Assembly: GCF_964204865.1 (NCBI RefSeq)
Contig: NC_135254.1
Span: 10,788,001-10,852,000, forward strand
Direction of reading: 5' to 3'
DNA length: 64,000 bases
Origin: Styela clava
Lineage: Eukaryota
Shown: one piece after another, positions 38,901 to 52,500 of the stretch
Layout: every line of letters starts with the position of its first letter
Numbering within the stretch: position 1 is the first letter of the stretch
The notes under the pieces: generated by a model
Database searches by the model: none
What the model was told of the DNA's origin: nothing
Seen by the model: the letters and a program-made list of their open reading frames with translations, nothing else
Program-made: the position numbers and the translations under genes

Positions 38901-39578
38901 ATTATCCTTCCTCATCCTTTCTCCTGGTTAGACACATAAATTGATTCGGCATACCATAGGGATCCGACAAAACTAAGATTTACAAATATGGGTACGCGAC
39001 TTAAAAAGTTTGGGAAACCCTGCTTCAGATTAATGGAAAGTTATGTAAGGTTGTATGTAAACATGGCTGGTTAGGACTGTTGTACATAATTGAAAACAGG
39101 TAAAACAAATACGTAAAGACTGACGAATTAAAAATTCTCAAACCAACGTATTGAGAATTCCAACACAAATCCCAAAACGCATGAACAAAGATAAAAATCA
39201 TAATGTTAAATAACCTTAAGCAAATTCATTTCGGGATTTGGGGTAAAACGTGAAATGTCTTGTTTACCTGAGGTAGCTGAGATTTGATTCTGAATAAACA
39301 TTTGAATCTCGCTAGTTTTTATCATTGCTATCTCACCATCATTGTTTTTACAGAATGTTTCACCATCAACATAGGATTTTTTATCATCTTTTCCAGATAC
39401 GTAGTATTGGTAACTTCCAAATGCATTCCACTTACCTCTACCTTGTCGTAAAATAAAGAGTTTATGAATAAGCACATCATTTGAAAGTCATGATGATATA
39501 TAGTATATGCCAACCTGCGCTAACGACGGCAACCATCCAAGCAAAAATCCCAACGAATATCAAAAGATTCTCCTTCAT
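29972..39578 (-). CDS. Receptor B1: SP-CTLD1-TSP1a-linker-TSP1b-short stalk-TM-ITIM-like tail, ~617 aa if decayed parts are skipped (exons 39578-39515, 39441-39268, 38792-38556, 37820-37690, 35934-35868, 33268-33141, 32685-32610, 31496-31346, 31226-31129, 30699-29972); alternatively a pseudogene
   Basis: The listed exons are open and phase-compatible (1854 nt). The model requires skipping the dead CTLD2 remnant and using the internal GTGAGT donor in the mucin exon. Confidence 0.65.
31975..32609 (-). pseudogene. Decayed long mucin-stalk portion of B1
   Basis: Homologous to B2 54116-54720 but has in-frame TAA at 32451-32449 and 32439-32437, a frameshift, and a deletion of the distal splice donor. 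Confidence 0.8.
33950..34225 (-). mobile_element. tRNA-derived SINE nested in the hAT element
   Basis: Reverse strand has A-box-like gtggcccatcgtgctaag and B-box-like ggttagaatc; it interrupts the hAT dimerisation-domain remnant. Confidence 0.65.
34399..35276 (+). mobile_element. Second hAT (Charlie group) deletion derivative, nested
   Basis: TIRs caggggtctcaaactc / gagtttgagacctctg; near-TSD (c)cactaat / cgactaat; frameshifted transposase N-terminus RKVGDEHRQFQK/WEMQYFFVEHRSIPTCFICTVKDAVHTEYNL at ~35045-35180. Confidence 0.8.
35513..35607 (-). pseudogene. Truncated remnant of the first CTLD2 exon in B1
   Basis: Homologous to B2 52527-52620; CGA->TGA stop, 1-nt deletion, and loss of the rest of CTLD2. 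Confidence 0.8.
36461..37659. mobile_element. Non-autonomous hAT element in B1 intron 4
   Basis: TIRs cagtggtgggattca / tgaatcccaccactg; perfect 8-bp TSD gttatata; empty sites in A2 (~22845) and B2 (~51215). Confidence 0.9.
37007..37423. mobile_element. ~204-bp MULE-like MITE containing an inverted copy of itself (37113-37316)
   Basis: Outer 9-bp TSD gacattaac and inner 9-bp TSD tatgggttc; subterminal repeats tacatttgaaccca. Confidence 0.85.
38818..39022. mobile_element. hAT-like MITE in B1 intron 2
   Basis: Imperfect TIRs cagaatttcccaaact / agtttgggaaaccctg; imperfect TSD ctttagag / cttcagat; absent in A1, A2 and B2. Confidence 0.75.
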
Positions 39579-41926
39579 TTCCGCGCTAATTATCTAACTT
39601 TCTTACCCCATAACATTCTTATTTGAATCCAAAAAGTGAATAAAACGAGATTGATATATACCAGATAGGGAAAACTAACGAGTAACGACATAAACTTCTC
39701 AAGACAATACTAAAACATCAAAAGCTATGAATCGATTAGATAACACTACTAAATATCTACAAAGCAAATATTTCAATGCATAATACTTCATGCCATAACT
39801 GGGAATGAATGATTTGATTGCCCACAATAGCATTAAATGTAAATATTCGAAAATTTTTGATATTATATTTAGTACACTGCAACTAAAGTTCATATTACTA
39901 GCCGCATTACTTCCATTATCAGAAGAGTGATGCAGATAAGACCTTAATTCGACTTGCCGGGATGAAATCATAAGCAATATGATCTGACAGTTCTTACCTT
40001 ACAATAACTAAGCCTAATATGAGTAATGAAGTTAATAAAGATAATATTTTTATAGAATACAGAATGAAACTTCCTATTACGAGTGGGATGTTTGAATAAC
40101 CTCCTAGTCACAACATTTTTGAAATTACAGCAAAGAGATGATTAATGACGAATATGCTTCAGGAGAAAATACTTATTACAAGACTGATTAGCCTTGTTAT
40201 GCGGTATTCTCTAGTCACTTATGTTTATCTCAAGATTGGCCTATTTAGTTGAGATTTGAACGCAACAATTGTTTCTTTCCTAAAAATAAATATCTGTATC
40301 ATATTTTAATATATGAATTGTTTCTAATATTGGACGAGTTATTTAATATGAAATCTTTGATTCTGGTTTCACCGATCAACTCAAATTATTCGCTTATGTT
40401 GAAAATGATATTTCGATCATATTGTGTTTGTTTTTGTAGTATAATAAACAATAACCATAATAAAGTAATAAATATTTATTTCACGAATGACACATGAATA
40501 ACAGACGGAAAAAATGAAAGAATTGTATTGTTTGCTACATTGATTGGCTCATTGGTTGTGTTTTCCGTTTTGGCTTCTACTACAGAAGCCATACGATAAC
40601 CATTACTATGGCCTTCTTACTAAGGAAATGCATGTCGAGAAAACAACAACGGAGAATATGACTAATCTAAGCAGAACGAAGATGGAAATTACATAAACAA
40701 CAACTATTAAAGTCATGCATGAATATCATGACAAATTTATAAGCAAAGTCTGGTGAAGCGATGAATATTGTGGGCTATACTAACCTGAGTTTTAACCTGA
40801 TAAATGTATAGTAATCTGTTGTGACCGACTGCTGTGCTATCGTAAATGACAGAAGAATTATTGAACCATTATTCAAAATACACAATTCGATATTTGTAGA
40901 AAAATTATTCATTTATAAAATAATAAATACATGAGTTCAAATCAATTTCGTTTTGTGGAACAAAAAAAAAAATCCTAAAATTCTAAAATTTGTGTTGAAA
41001 TAAATGAACGATTGTTGGTGAATGAGATGAATTCAGGTTTTAAGTTACAAAAAAAAAATTAAATTATATGTAACAACATGATTTCTCGAAAATCAATCTT
41101 TCTCCTAAGGGGTGTAATTAGACACTTTTATTTTCCATTGCAGAAATGAGTGTAACATTACGATGATGACTTGTGCAACAAACACTATTTTCTGAGAGTA
41201 AATGTGTGAGCTACATATTTAGTGACGACTTGGGTTTATTTGGTATGTGTATGTGATTCATCCCATTTTTTTTAGAACTTGAGCAAGTTTTGGGGAAAGT
41301 TGAACGAAATTTGATTCAAAATTTACGATTATATATTGTAAACTGTATTTTATAGATACACTAAAATAACTGTTAACGTTCTGGCATTTGCGAAAATGAT
41401 TCACTGGAATAATTAGTCATAAAAAACGAACCGTGGTGATCCCCTCGCATTTAATTGATCATAGTATAGTTAAATCTGTATTCAATTTGCATTTGTTCGT
41501 TTATCATTGCATCTTATAGCCACCTGTGATGTATATTTGGAAGATATGAGCATTTCGCTCTGTGACTAAATATCCCCAATCGAATTTAGTATAGCGATAC
41601 TAAGCAGTGATATGTAAATGGGGCATTGGCGTATGTATCAAGCGCACGTATTTAACTTATCTATTACATATGCCTCAAATTATACATATTTTAAATTTCA
41701 ATAAAATATGAATAAATTAATATACTAGTGGCAGAAGTAACTGAATGTCAAGTATTTATCAATTCTTTGGAACAAGTTTCTTTAAAAATGTTTTGGTATT
41801 TTTATTATTCATTTTGTTTAACAGAGCGTTTAATGTTTTTCAGAGCTAATCATTTTTACTGCTAGGTACATCCGCAAAGCATTACAATCTATATTCGAAT
41901 TTTGTCATCTTATATGATTCAGAAGA
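39579..41926. promoter_or_regulatory. Divergent (head-to-head) intergenic region between receptor B1 and VWA3
   Basis: Lies between outward-facing ATGs at 39578 (-) and 41927 (+); paralogous to 9380-11745. Confidence 0.5.
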
Positions 41927-44900
41927 ATGAGAATCGAATTAATATTTTTGTTGGTTCTTCTTCAATATCCGAGGCATCTGAACGCAGCAGGTATTATTTC
42001 ATTGTTATGACTTTTTTTTTAGAAAATTTACTGAAAATAAGGTTACTCATACAGGTATAAGGGAGATTGATCTGATCAAAGATTTTGAGACTATAAGAGA
42101 TTAAAGGATAGAATTGAGAGTTGGTAAATACCGATCGGCACTAAACTTAAAAGCAGTTCATATCAATACAATCAGTAAAAGATGTGTGAGGTATTGAATT
42201 CCATATATATACATGGAGTTTTTGGAATGAACTTAGGAATTATAGGTACAGTAAACCGATGAGAGCTCACAGTCAATCGTATTTAACGGCTGAAAACATT
42301 TGGTAAGCGGTAACAACGGTTACCAGACAATATGAAATGGTAAAATTAGTTTAGATAATATAGGATTACATTACGTTGAATATTGTTCCAAATATTAATT
42401 TATTTTGCCAGAATGTCGTGAAACGCCCATGGATCTTGTATTTATGCTGGATGGATCGGGTTCTATCACAAATGTGAATTGGGAGCTTATGAAGTCATGG
42501 GTCAAGTTAGTAGCAGAAAATTATGACTTAGGCGGATTAACACAGATTGGCGTCGTTCAGTTCTCACACTGGTTTTCAAATGAGAAGTAAGCTATTGAAA
42601 GAGATTTCATTTTATTTATTTAGTTTTGAAGCAGCATTTATAACTAATTTATTTAAATTTTTCAAAGCAGCCGCTCAATCAGTCAAGATCAAATTTCCCA
42701 GAAACAGCTGCCATGACATGTATGGGGCTTGACTTTGTGGCGAAGAATGATTCCTTCTTAAGCGTCAAATGAGATCATCATGATCATAATAGTTCAAAAA
42801 TTATGTCAACAGTGTTTTAGCTATGTTTTATATTTTGGTGCTTTATTAAAAATTAACAAGGAATTAGTTTTGATCGTTTTCCACTTTGTTCCACTTCGCT
42901 GCGAGTGTTTTTACGACTTTTATCTGGGTACAGTAAGACTAAGATACATTCTTCTAAAATCATTTTCGGCGTTTGTTTGTGTTTTCAAATTCTTTGTAAT
43001 TCGATAAAAAAAATTTGATAAAACAATTTTCATTCTTTTTTCATAGCACACAGCCATATTTAAAAACTGAAATTCAGCTAGGAAAACTGAAGACCAAAGC
43101 CCAATTGAAGGTAAAATATTCATCAAGGGTTGAGCAGTCGAGACTGGTACCGCCACGGTAAGATCAGACCACAGTTCTTTCTGATGAGGTATCAAACATG
43201 GCGGAATAAAAAGTATTCCTCTCTAATTGAAATACAATAGTAAACTTTCGAGATAATCATTTGGTTCTATATTTTGAAAAAAAAAATTCCTTTCGTAACA
43301 ACAAAAAAAACAAAACCCAAAATTTAGCATATTTTAGATTCACATGTACAATAAACGCAGTTGCAAAACAAAGCTAGTGAGATAGTGTGGGGTCACGTTC
43401 TATGCGAAAAAGAACTAAAGTAATATTTGTCGTATGAATTGTCTTATTTAACGATTTGTTCACAAAATTGTGATACCTTCAGAATTCAAAATGCAATTAG
43501 CTTTAAATTAATAACTGAGTATTCATTAGGCCGCTGTTGACGAAATATCAATTCATGGGTTCACAACTTACACTGCACATGCTATCAACAAAACAGTGAA
43601 CGAAGATTTCATGAGATCTTATCGTTTTTATGATGCTTCAGTGAAGAAAGTCATTATTTTATTTACAGATGGAAGGTAATAACTTATGTGTACAATGTCT
43701 GAATACACGTAAAATGCATCTCTGAATCGTATCGTTAACTGTTGTTAATGTTTTTGTTATTATTGTTAATTTTCACGGTTCATGTAATGGTAGTTAGCAG
43801 ATTTTTTCCGATATATCCGTATATTTAGCTCCTTTGTTTTTCAACTTGAGTTTCTGCGCGATATATATTATTTTTATACCATCAAGATATTAGTTGTTGA
43901 AAATCTAAATAAATGTTATTTCAAAGCTGATTACTACTTTATTATTTACCAAATTATTCTAATCTTAGACATCCAAAAATTAAGAAGTAGTATAAAACCG
44001 TTTTCCTTTTGCTCGATTTATTGAAGGTATGCTCGTGTAACAAGTCTTAAAGATGTGTGTAGATTGTAGATGGTTATAGATAATTTTTTAAATCTTTTGA
44101 AGATCTACCGACAGAAATGATTTGCTTTTGTCAGCAAAATATGCTCGGTCAAATGGGATTACTATATTTGCAGTTGGTGCTGGAGGTTATGTAATGGAGG
44201 AATTACAGGTAATCTGAAAAGTTGTAACAAATTGAAATAAGAGAAATTTTATGTTTCAATATATTATAGCTTTTCTACCTTTTGTCTAATCATTATATTT
44301 CTGTGTATTAAAGATTGTTCATCAACAAGACTGAGAAAATATAACCAAATTAGTTATCAGGATAAAACTCTTTTTGACTGAGATCAATAAGTAACAATGT
44401 ACTGTACTTGTTTAAATGTTGTTTACATATATGAAAACAAGAATACCTATAAGCCATATTCGCATGATAATTTCTTTCTAACAAAATGTCTATAATTCTG
44501 GCCATTAATTTGTATTCCGTGATTAGATAAGTTAGAACTCATCATAAGCATTGCATGATTCACCGATAAATTCAACTAATATGCATATGCAATAAATACA
44601 TGCACGCGATTTACATATAAAACAAGCCGGTAGACGCCCAGAATCTGCACTGATACTTGAGGCCGGAGGTTCAGGAAAACGTTACCACACATGCAAAATA
44701 ACAGATCTATAACGACAGTGTACTGCGGAACTGCCAGTTCATTTGAACGATGCGCGGCTCTTCAGCATCTCAGCTTTGGCGGTTTTCTGTGTTTAATTGT
44801 CAAAACATATTTACTTGTATTCCAAACTCCTGAGGTTTCCCCAGTTGTAAAGTATCGAAATTAAATTACGAAAAATTCTTCTACAGCAACATCCAGCAAC

Positions 44901-46674
44901 ATCAATTTTAAGTGCATTTACTTTCAATCGTTTGATATTAGAGCATTTTGTGCTCTTTGCAAACGATTGCGGGAGTGCTAGCATAACACACTGCACTTTA
45001 TGAGTGATTGTCTGTGTTTTCTCGTTTGCAATGAATTTTTCTTTAGGAATATTGACGCTATGCTTCGCGTCTTTTGCCACCAATCACGTGTTGCCTGTGC
45101 TTGAACATATTTGAATATACAGCGCTAGGATTGAGGGCATGGACGTGCCAAACTTCTCTGCTGTCCAGTATGAGGTTATGATAGGAATGCCCCATAACTC
45201 CAAATCAATTCGCGGAATAAACAAATTATAGATGTTGTTATAAATGAGAATGAATAACTTGAAGGTCACGTATGAGGAGAGTGTTTGTTGTATAATTGCG
45301 GTATATCACTATGTGTTGGCATGTAATAAGACTCCGGCATCCCTTTTAATTTAGCATTCACTGGTATGATTGTCTCCATTACGATTTTAATATTCATGGT
45401 TGTAGCAAATTGTATTTATGTCTTTGTGTTCATTTTTACCGACATAGTTGAATTGGGATCATATGAGTAGGAAGTATCAAATAAAACGGTAACAAAAATA
45501 TTTTTTTAGTAACGAACAAGACCTAACCTTGTATAGCTTGGCTACATCGGATGTTTAAACCGAAACTGGGACAATCGTAAAATACCCACAAGTAAAACTC
45601 CGCTGGCGAATAAATTTCATATACTTTGACAGTAACTTTCATTTACAGATTATTGCAAATGGCCAGATCAATAACAATGAACGAGTGATTACAGTTTCAA
45701 ATTTTACTAGGCTGAATACTACGGTAGACATTTTAAAGCAAGGTATATGTGCTATCCAAGGTAATGTTGATATTAATAGTCAGTTTTTATCGAGGCTGCT
45801 ACGACATGTTAGTAGCATATAATTTCGAACTACGTTTTCAAAATATTCTTTGCGCCCGAATCTGATATTGAGCCAAGACACTATAATAATTAAATGTTCC
45901 ACATTTCGACATCATAAGCTGAAATGATACTTGATGTTTTTTTGTTTAAATCAGTGGATTATAAGATGAGAGGCTTTTTGCAGGCTACCACAACATAATC
46001 AACGATTGAAATTCATTTTCTCGTTTTCGAAAAGCATTTTGTTCAATGCGCAGAGCTAATAATAACTCATTTCCTACAGATTTTATAGCATATAATATAG
46101 AAATTAACATTCACCACAAGGTATAACTGCAGAAATGTTCAAATTAAAGAGGGAATTATATAAAATTCTTTTACAAAAAATATTTACATTCGTTTATAGT
46201 TTCCTTCATAGTGTCTCGCTACACTTGCACAACTTCATCGTTAGAAGTTCAATGGGAAACAACTACATTTAAGTCGGTCTTCTCATACAGACTTCAAATT
46301 CAGGTTACCTTTATAAATAGAATGAAAGTCATTACATTGGTCTAAACACTTTTACTGTGCGCTAGAACTTGCCATTTTATGCTAAATATCACATTTATGT
46401 ATTTAACTTATAGGATCTCAAGACCAAAGAAATCAAGAAGACAAGCGTTCAATTACTCATGAAAAAGGAACCAACAATAAAAATTCACGAAGAAAACACA
46501 TCTTCGAAGTTTGCTTGCGTCACTACGACAAATTTGTATATTTCAGGAAACTACGAAATCGTTGTTAAGCAAATATCGGCAAAAACAAACAATCAAATAA
46601 AAACCATATCCAAAGTTCTTCACAATGCAAATGGAAAGACTATTATGCAGTTAACGTTTCTTGACTTTGTCTAA
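41927..46674 (+). CDS. VWA3: secreted signal peptide-VWA-FN3 protein, ~343 aa (exons 41927-41990, 42412-42586, 43047-43110, 43530-43675, 44103-44208, 45649-45760, 46200-46303, 46414-46674)
   Basis: Open 1032-nt exon chain; signal peptide; intact MIDAS (DGSGS...T...TDG); FN3-like C-terminal domain; no TM segment. Confidence 0.88.
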
Positions 46675-47080
46675 GTTATATTCCGGATATCAGACATTTT
46701 AAAAAAAAAAAAAATTTTTACACATACCAATTTAAACGACATGTAAATCTATAAATGTGTGCGTGTTTTTTTCATTCAGTGTATCGGTGGAAACCAAATA
46801 AACATATTAGGACAATCCATCTATTATATGCTGATATAGCCACCACCACATTCAGAGTGTAATAAACTTGGTTAGGAATGCGGAACCGGAAATATTCTTG
46901 TCCGCCAAGCTCTGTTCTTTATGTATCATCGACTACTTCTGGTTTCTTATTCGAGGTAAAATTGTGGATAACACTTCATAAAAATAATGCCAACTGATTA
47001 CAGCTCCAAACTTGATTGGAATCCTGATTCAAATCGATGATACATCCAATTATCCAGGAATAATACATTCAATTATTCAG

Positions 47081-47151
47081 GCTGTACTTGGGAATTTGAT
47101 ACTGGCAAGGAAAGCCAACATTGCTTGACAATACAATAAAACTCAGTTTAG
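47081..47151 (+). pseudogene. Orphan exon downstream of VWA3, with internal stop
   Basis: GCTWEFDTGKESQHCLTIQ* (TCA->TAA at 47137-47139); homologous to 3877-3947. Confidence 0.5.
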
Positions 47152-49517
47152 GTGAATTAAACTAAATGTTCTCTTGGCCATTCAGATTCTGTCATATAGA
47201 ATATCACCATGTAATGTAAATAGATTGAAATCATGTATTCAAATTTATATGGAAAATATGTAGATTTTTTTAATATTTTTCGAAATCGTTTTCGAGATAA
47301 ATTTGCTTCGATTCATTTTAAGGGAATATTTACTATGAACACATTTATCAATTATATTAGTCAATTTAAAGAAAATTGAATGTCATAAGTTTTGATTGTA
47401 TTGATTGCTAGTATTTACAGTCTTGAAGAAATTGCTATTACCATTATTTTAATGTTTAGTACAAGACTATATTATTTACTTTATAATCTGTCGAATAACT
47501 TATCCGCGAACGTAAGGACAGTCAGCTAACTAAGAAAATAATTTAAGTACTCAGTGTGAGTGTCAAAATTATTTAGAGTTAAAAGCGACGAATCTTAATT
47601 AATCATAGAAGAGGGCAACAGTTGGTATGAGTCGAGAGACTTCGAAAAGGAACAGTTCGGCCCATCGCCGATACATAATCTTACTGACTGAAAATGCCGA
47701 TAGCCTGGAACACATTTGAGCATCTGCATCCAACTTTTAGGTATCATGCATAATTGATAATTGCTCCTCATATGGATTATGACTGGAGGCTTTTTTAAAA
47801 TTTGATGACTGTACAATTAAATTGCAAATTCAGTATGCGATAGAAAAACAGCAACTGGCTATAGGACAGGCAACTGCTCCCATTAGTAGAGAGCTTTAAA
47901 ATGTTTACATTATATTGGTGATATCTCGCCTTGAAAAGTAATAATAACGCATTGTGCATCTGGTGCTGCAAATACAGAACCTTGTTTCCGAAGCGAACGT
48001 CGTAAAAAATCGTTGTTTCACTACTTGAACGATAACACTAGCAATCACATTGCTCAAAGTTTAATAGGCTTTATTCTGCTGAATTTACATGATTAAGACA
48101 GGTAAATTTCCGTGTTGGTGTAATCGTGCGCAATAACCACCTGCATCCGGTGCTTGAGGCTTCTGGGAAATCCACCTCATGATTGCAACTTTGTGTTGAT
48201 ATATGAATTCAATAAAACTTTTACCTGCTTCTGTATAGACGGACGTTAAATACGAGTACTTGGCGAAATTTGACCTAGAAGATAAAAATTCTCATAGCCT
48301 CGCTTATAAATAGAACAATGTCTGTAATATGATTAAACAAATATTCTCGCTGTGGTAATATTGTTGCCACATTTCAACTTCACAATATGTTTAGCAATAA
48401 TGAATTCTGTTCCATGCAAAGGTATATATGTTTAAAGCTACTAATTATGAGGTAGGCCTACTAAAATAAGTTGTAGAAAGCTCGGAATATAAAGGTTTTC
48501 TATGTATAATCTAGTGAACTGGACAGTGTGTGTGGAGGAAGTAACCTATGACGTTATCTGTAAGACAGTAAAAGTAATCATGAGACTCGAGTAATAGGTT
48601 TTGCAAATTGGACTTTAGTCATCATAACAAAGCCGGACAAATCCGGGCCGAGGATAAACTCAAATTATATAGAATTGGTTTAGATGGTCTTCATTTGATA
48701 GGAGTATAGTTTGTGTTGACTGCACAGGTGAACACAATTTTACTTATTTAATCATATCGTTCCTTTCAAATTTTCAACATTTCGAATAATGTATCTCCTA
48801 CGTACCACATACGGAAGAAGGAAGTAATTACTTAGTTGGAAATTTTGATAACAATACTACACGCTAATGTGTCAATGCAGTAATGCTCTTTAGACCTTTT
48901 GTGATATCGAGTATTTTAGATATCTAAATGAATCATATATATATATGTCGGCAATACCAAGTATTCATCAGATCAGAGGGAATTCTGTTTAGCGTAGATT
49001 AGCATATACATTCTTACATTGTAGATATTCATTGCTATATACAAATGGGATAACTTGAGTGTTTTGTAGTACAAACAACTACACTGTCACTGGAGTTTTA
49101 CATTGGAAATGTTATTAGATTGTCTTCAATTAGATCTCATGAGCAAAGAAATATCTCATTTGACAATTTATGAACGAGGGAGGTAAATATAGTATTCAAA
49201 ATTTCCATTATTTTCAATAATATATATATATAACAAGTGCCGTGATTGCGTATTTAGATGTATAAAAACATAGCTGAATTCACAGTCAGGACGTTAAGTC
49301 ACAGTATATTGGCAACTTTTATGTTAGTTTACCCGAAAACTTCTCTGAATATTGTTATCCTCCATTTGCTGATAAAGGAGATGGCAATGTGTTCAGTTCC
49401 AGAATATCCATTATCCCTGTTTTGTATTATTTTTTTTAACTTGTTTTATTTCGATTTTTGGATTCAAATTAGAATGTTATTGGGAAAGTTAGAAATGTTA
49501 GATAAGTAGCCGCGGAA

Positions 49518-52500
49518 ATGAATGAGAAACTTTTGATATACATTGGATTATTTGCTTGGATGATTGCTGTCGTTAGCGCAGGTTGGTATATATTATATAT
49601 CATCACATCTTCTAATTTTGTGCTTGTTGATAAACTCTTTATTTTTGCGACCAGGTAGAGGTGAGTGGAATGCATTTGGAAGTTATCAATACTACGTATC
49701 TGGAAATGAAGATATAAAACCATATGCTGATGGTGAAACATTCTGTAAAAATAATGATGGGAAGATGGCATTGATTAAAACGAGCGAGATTCAAACGTTT
49801 ATTCAAAATCAAGTAACAGCTACCTCAGGTAAATAGGACATTTTACGTTTTACCCCAAATCCCCGAATGAATTTTCTCAAGGTTATTTATCATCATGGTC
49901 ATAAGAAATTTTGTTCATGTGTTTTGGGATTTGCGCAAGAATCATTCATACGTTTATTTAGAAATACTAATATTACTAATTTGTCAGTCTTCATGTATTT
50001 GCACATGCTTTCAATTATGTCCAACAGCTATAATCAGCCATGTATACATGCAACAAATATTACACACGACAAAACTTTTTATTACTACAAGGCATTTTAT
50101 TGTCTACAGGAACACCCTATGGATTTTATATTGGATTAAAGGAAGTTGGCACAAGCAATACCTTCATATGGAATGACAATTCAGAACTAACTTACATCAA
50201 CTGGAAGAAGGGTCAACCTTCTAGTGAGAAACCTGAACCGTGTGTTTCTATGGGGTGGTTTCACACGTATTATGCAGATCTACTGTGGTATGACGTTGAA
50301 TGCGTTGCGAATGCACCAATTGGGTTTGTCTGCCAGCGATTAATTGGTAAAATTTTGTTCTCTATTTTGTTTATATTGTCTAGACTTCTGTTTTATGTAA
50401 CAAATCGCTGTCTTAACTTTGTAAAACACAAAAATGATAATCTTTTTGCAAATAACTATTTATATATTTTGATGCCATTGACGTCAATTTAATCTATTTT
50501 TATCATGCCAAGGTTTACTGCCCCATAGTTTATAGCATTAATTTTAAGTTATTAAAGCATCTCATTAACAGGTATTTGCTGGTGGTGATTGCACCATCAA
50601 AATACTGTATGATTTCATGGACACTATACATTTCTGCGACCGCCCGAGTTTGAGCAAATGCCCCTAAGAAAATTGAGAATTGAGTTATCTGGGTCCAATG
50701 TTTTAAATTCAACTGGATGAAATATGTTTATTCGCGAAAGCAGTTGCACAATATCATTTATTTGCGGCCAGATGAATTTTCAGTTTTATATGAAACAAAA
50801 CTGCTAAAAACCTGTCAGCGGTTCAATTTCAATTTCATTAAAAATGTTTCTTACAAAACTAACTACTTTTAGCTATTAGTGCAGAAAATATTCTGAGAAA
50901 GTTTTTAAGTTTTCAGTAATGTCATCTTATCACTAATTATACCTTGTACAGCTATGCTATTGTTTCCATCGCTGCTACTGTATTAACTTGAGTTAAATTT
51001 ACTGATATAAAATTCTCAGAATACTCAATTGTACAAAATATATTTTCTCTGTTTTTTTCTGCAGGCTGGAATTGGGGATCATGGGAGTCTTGGGGAAGTT
51101 GTGAATGCCCGGGAATGAGACAGCGTAACCGAACTTGTGTTGACAGCGGAAGAATTGGTCCATACTCATGTAATGATACGTCAACACAATCGGAAGTAAA
51201 CTTGTTTTACATATATAACTCATCATGATTGTCATTCCGTTCAAAATGCTTGCTCATTACCTCGTTGTATTAATAAATATCACATTAAAGTTTAGGATTT
51301 TATAAAGTTCTAACATGTCGATTAGTGTGTCGTTTCAAAACTAACTCAAAAATAGAAATACATTTTTTTATGCTTACCGTTGAGACACGCTTACGTTAAA
51401 TAGCTATTGTTTGGTTGATTTTTGTACTCAACTCAACGACATTGCCACACAGGTAAATTTATTTGAGTCAGTTTAGTCGTATTTAGCTATTAATTGAAAC
51501 AGATTGATTAATGTAATAAAATAAGTCCATATGACAGTTCTAATTTTAAATGTAACTTGCAAATCCAGTCTGCGCCGCATCAATTTGGATTTCATTGTTA
51601 CATTTTTCTATTTTTTTGGATCATGTAATAAATTTCAGAGTTACAGTTAATTTGATTAAAACACGTACATGTACGGTTGAACAAAATGAACGTTGTTTTT
51701 AGATATGCGCGCCATCTGTTTCCTGCAATGCAACTATGCCTTTGATTCCACTAGGTGAGAATGAGAACCTATTCTAGAATTAGGTTGTTATGTTTTCATT
51801 TCCCAGCAAACTGACCACATAGTACAGTTCTTGCGAAAATGAGATAGTGATATGAACAATGGGCTCTGTTATTCTCTTTCACATGAGTCATGAACCAGTT
51901 TCTATCAATTATCTTTCTCTAGTGAAACTGTATAATTTTTTTTTTATTGTAACTTTGGCACGAATATATATATTTTTTTTATTGGCTGAAAAGCAATATA
52001 GACTGAGTATATACAGATACACGGTACTCTGTACTGGTAACGGAACCGTAAGGGTACCTGTACCAAGCGTAACCGGTAAAGTAGGTTACCGTTGTCGTTT
52101 ACTGATAATGTTGAAGGACAGCGTCAACGACAGTAGATTCAAAGCTCTAAAAAAAAAATTTAAATTACATATTTGAACCTTTGCTGTTGCTGCTCAATAA
52201 CCAGCTTTGGTCCCCCGCGACTACTCTTTCCCAGTAAATCTGTGTAAATAATATTTTCTCGTACTTTGTGTTCGATTGTTGTTAATTTACTGGTTGGAAA
52301 AAATAAACTTGACTTGACTCTAATCGAAAGGTGCTAAAACGACTTACAATCGAAACTTTTAAATGCGTCAATATATCAACGTTTTTCTTTATTATTTACT
52401 TTGGTACTTAAATTAAAGCAAGTGCTTGCGATAATTGATGCTATCTCGCTCAATCGTGCATTTTCATTGCGAATTTATCGAGATACTGATATTGTATAAT

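Larger units (their letters stand above)
38240..47540 (+). repeat. Third direct copy of receptor 5' half + spacer + VWA gene (paralogous to ~8240-17080)
   Basis: Collinear similarity through the CTLD1 exons, the head-to-head spacer and the VWA gene. Confidence 0.85.

Noticed and set aside
47560-49240. Unique segment between VWA3 and B2 with a 73-aa ORF and a possible small minus-strand exon near 48225-48275
   Set aside because: No coherent exon chain or recognisable motif could be supported by eye.
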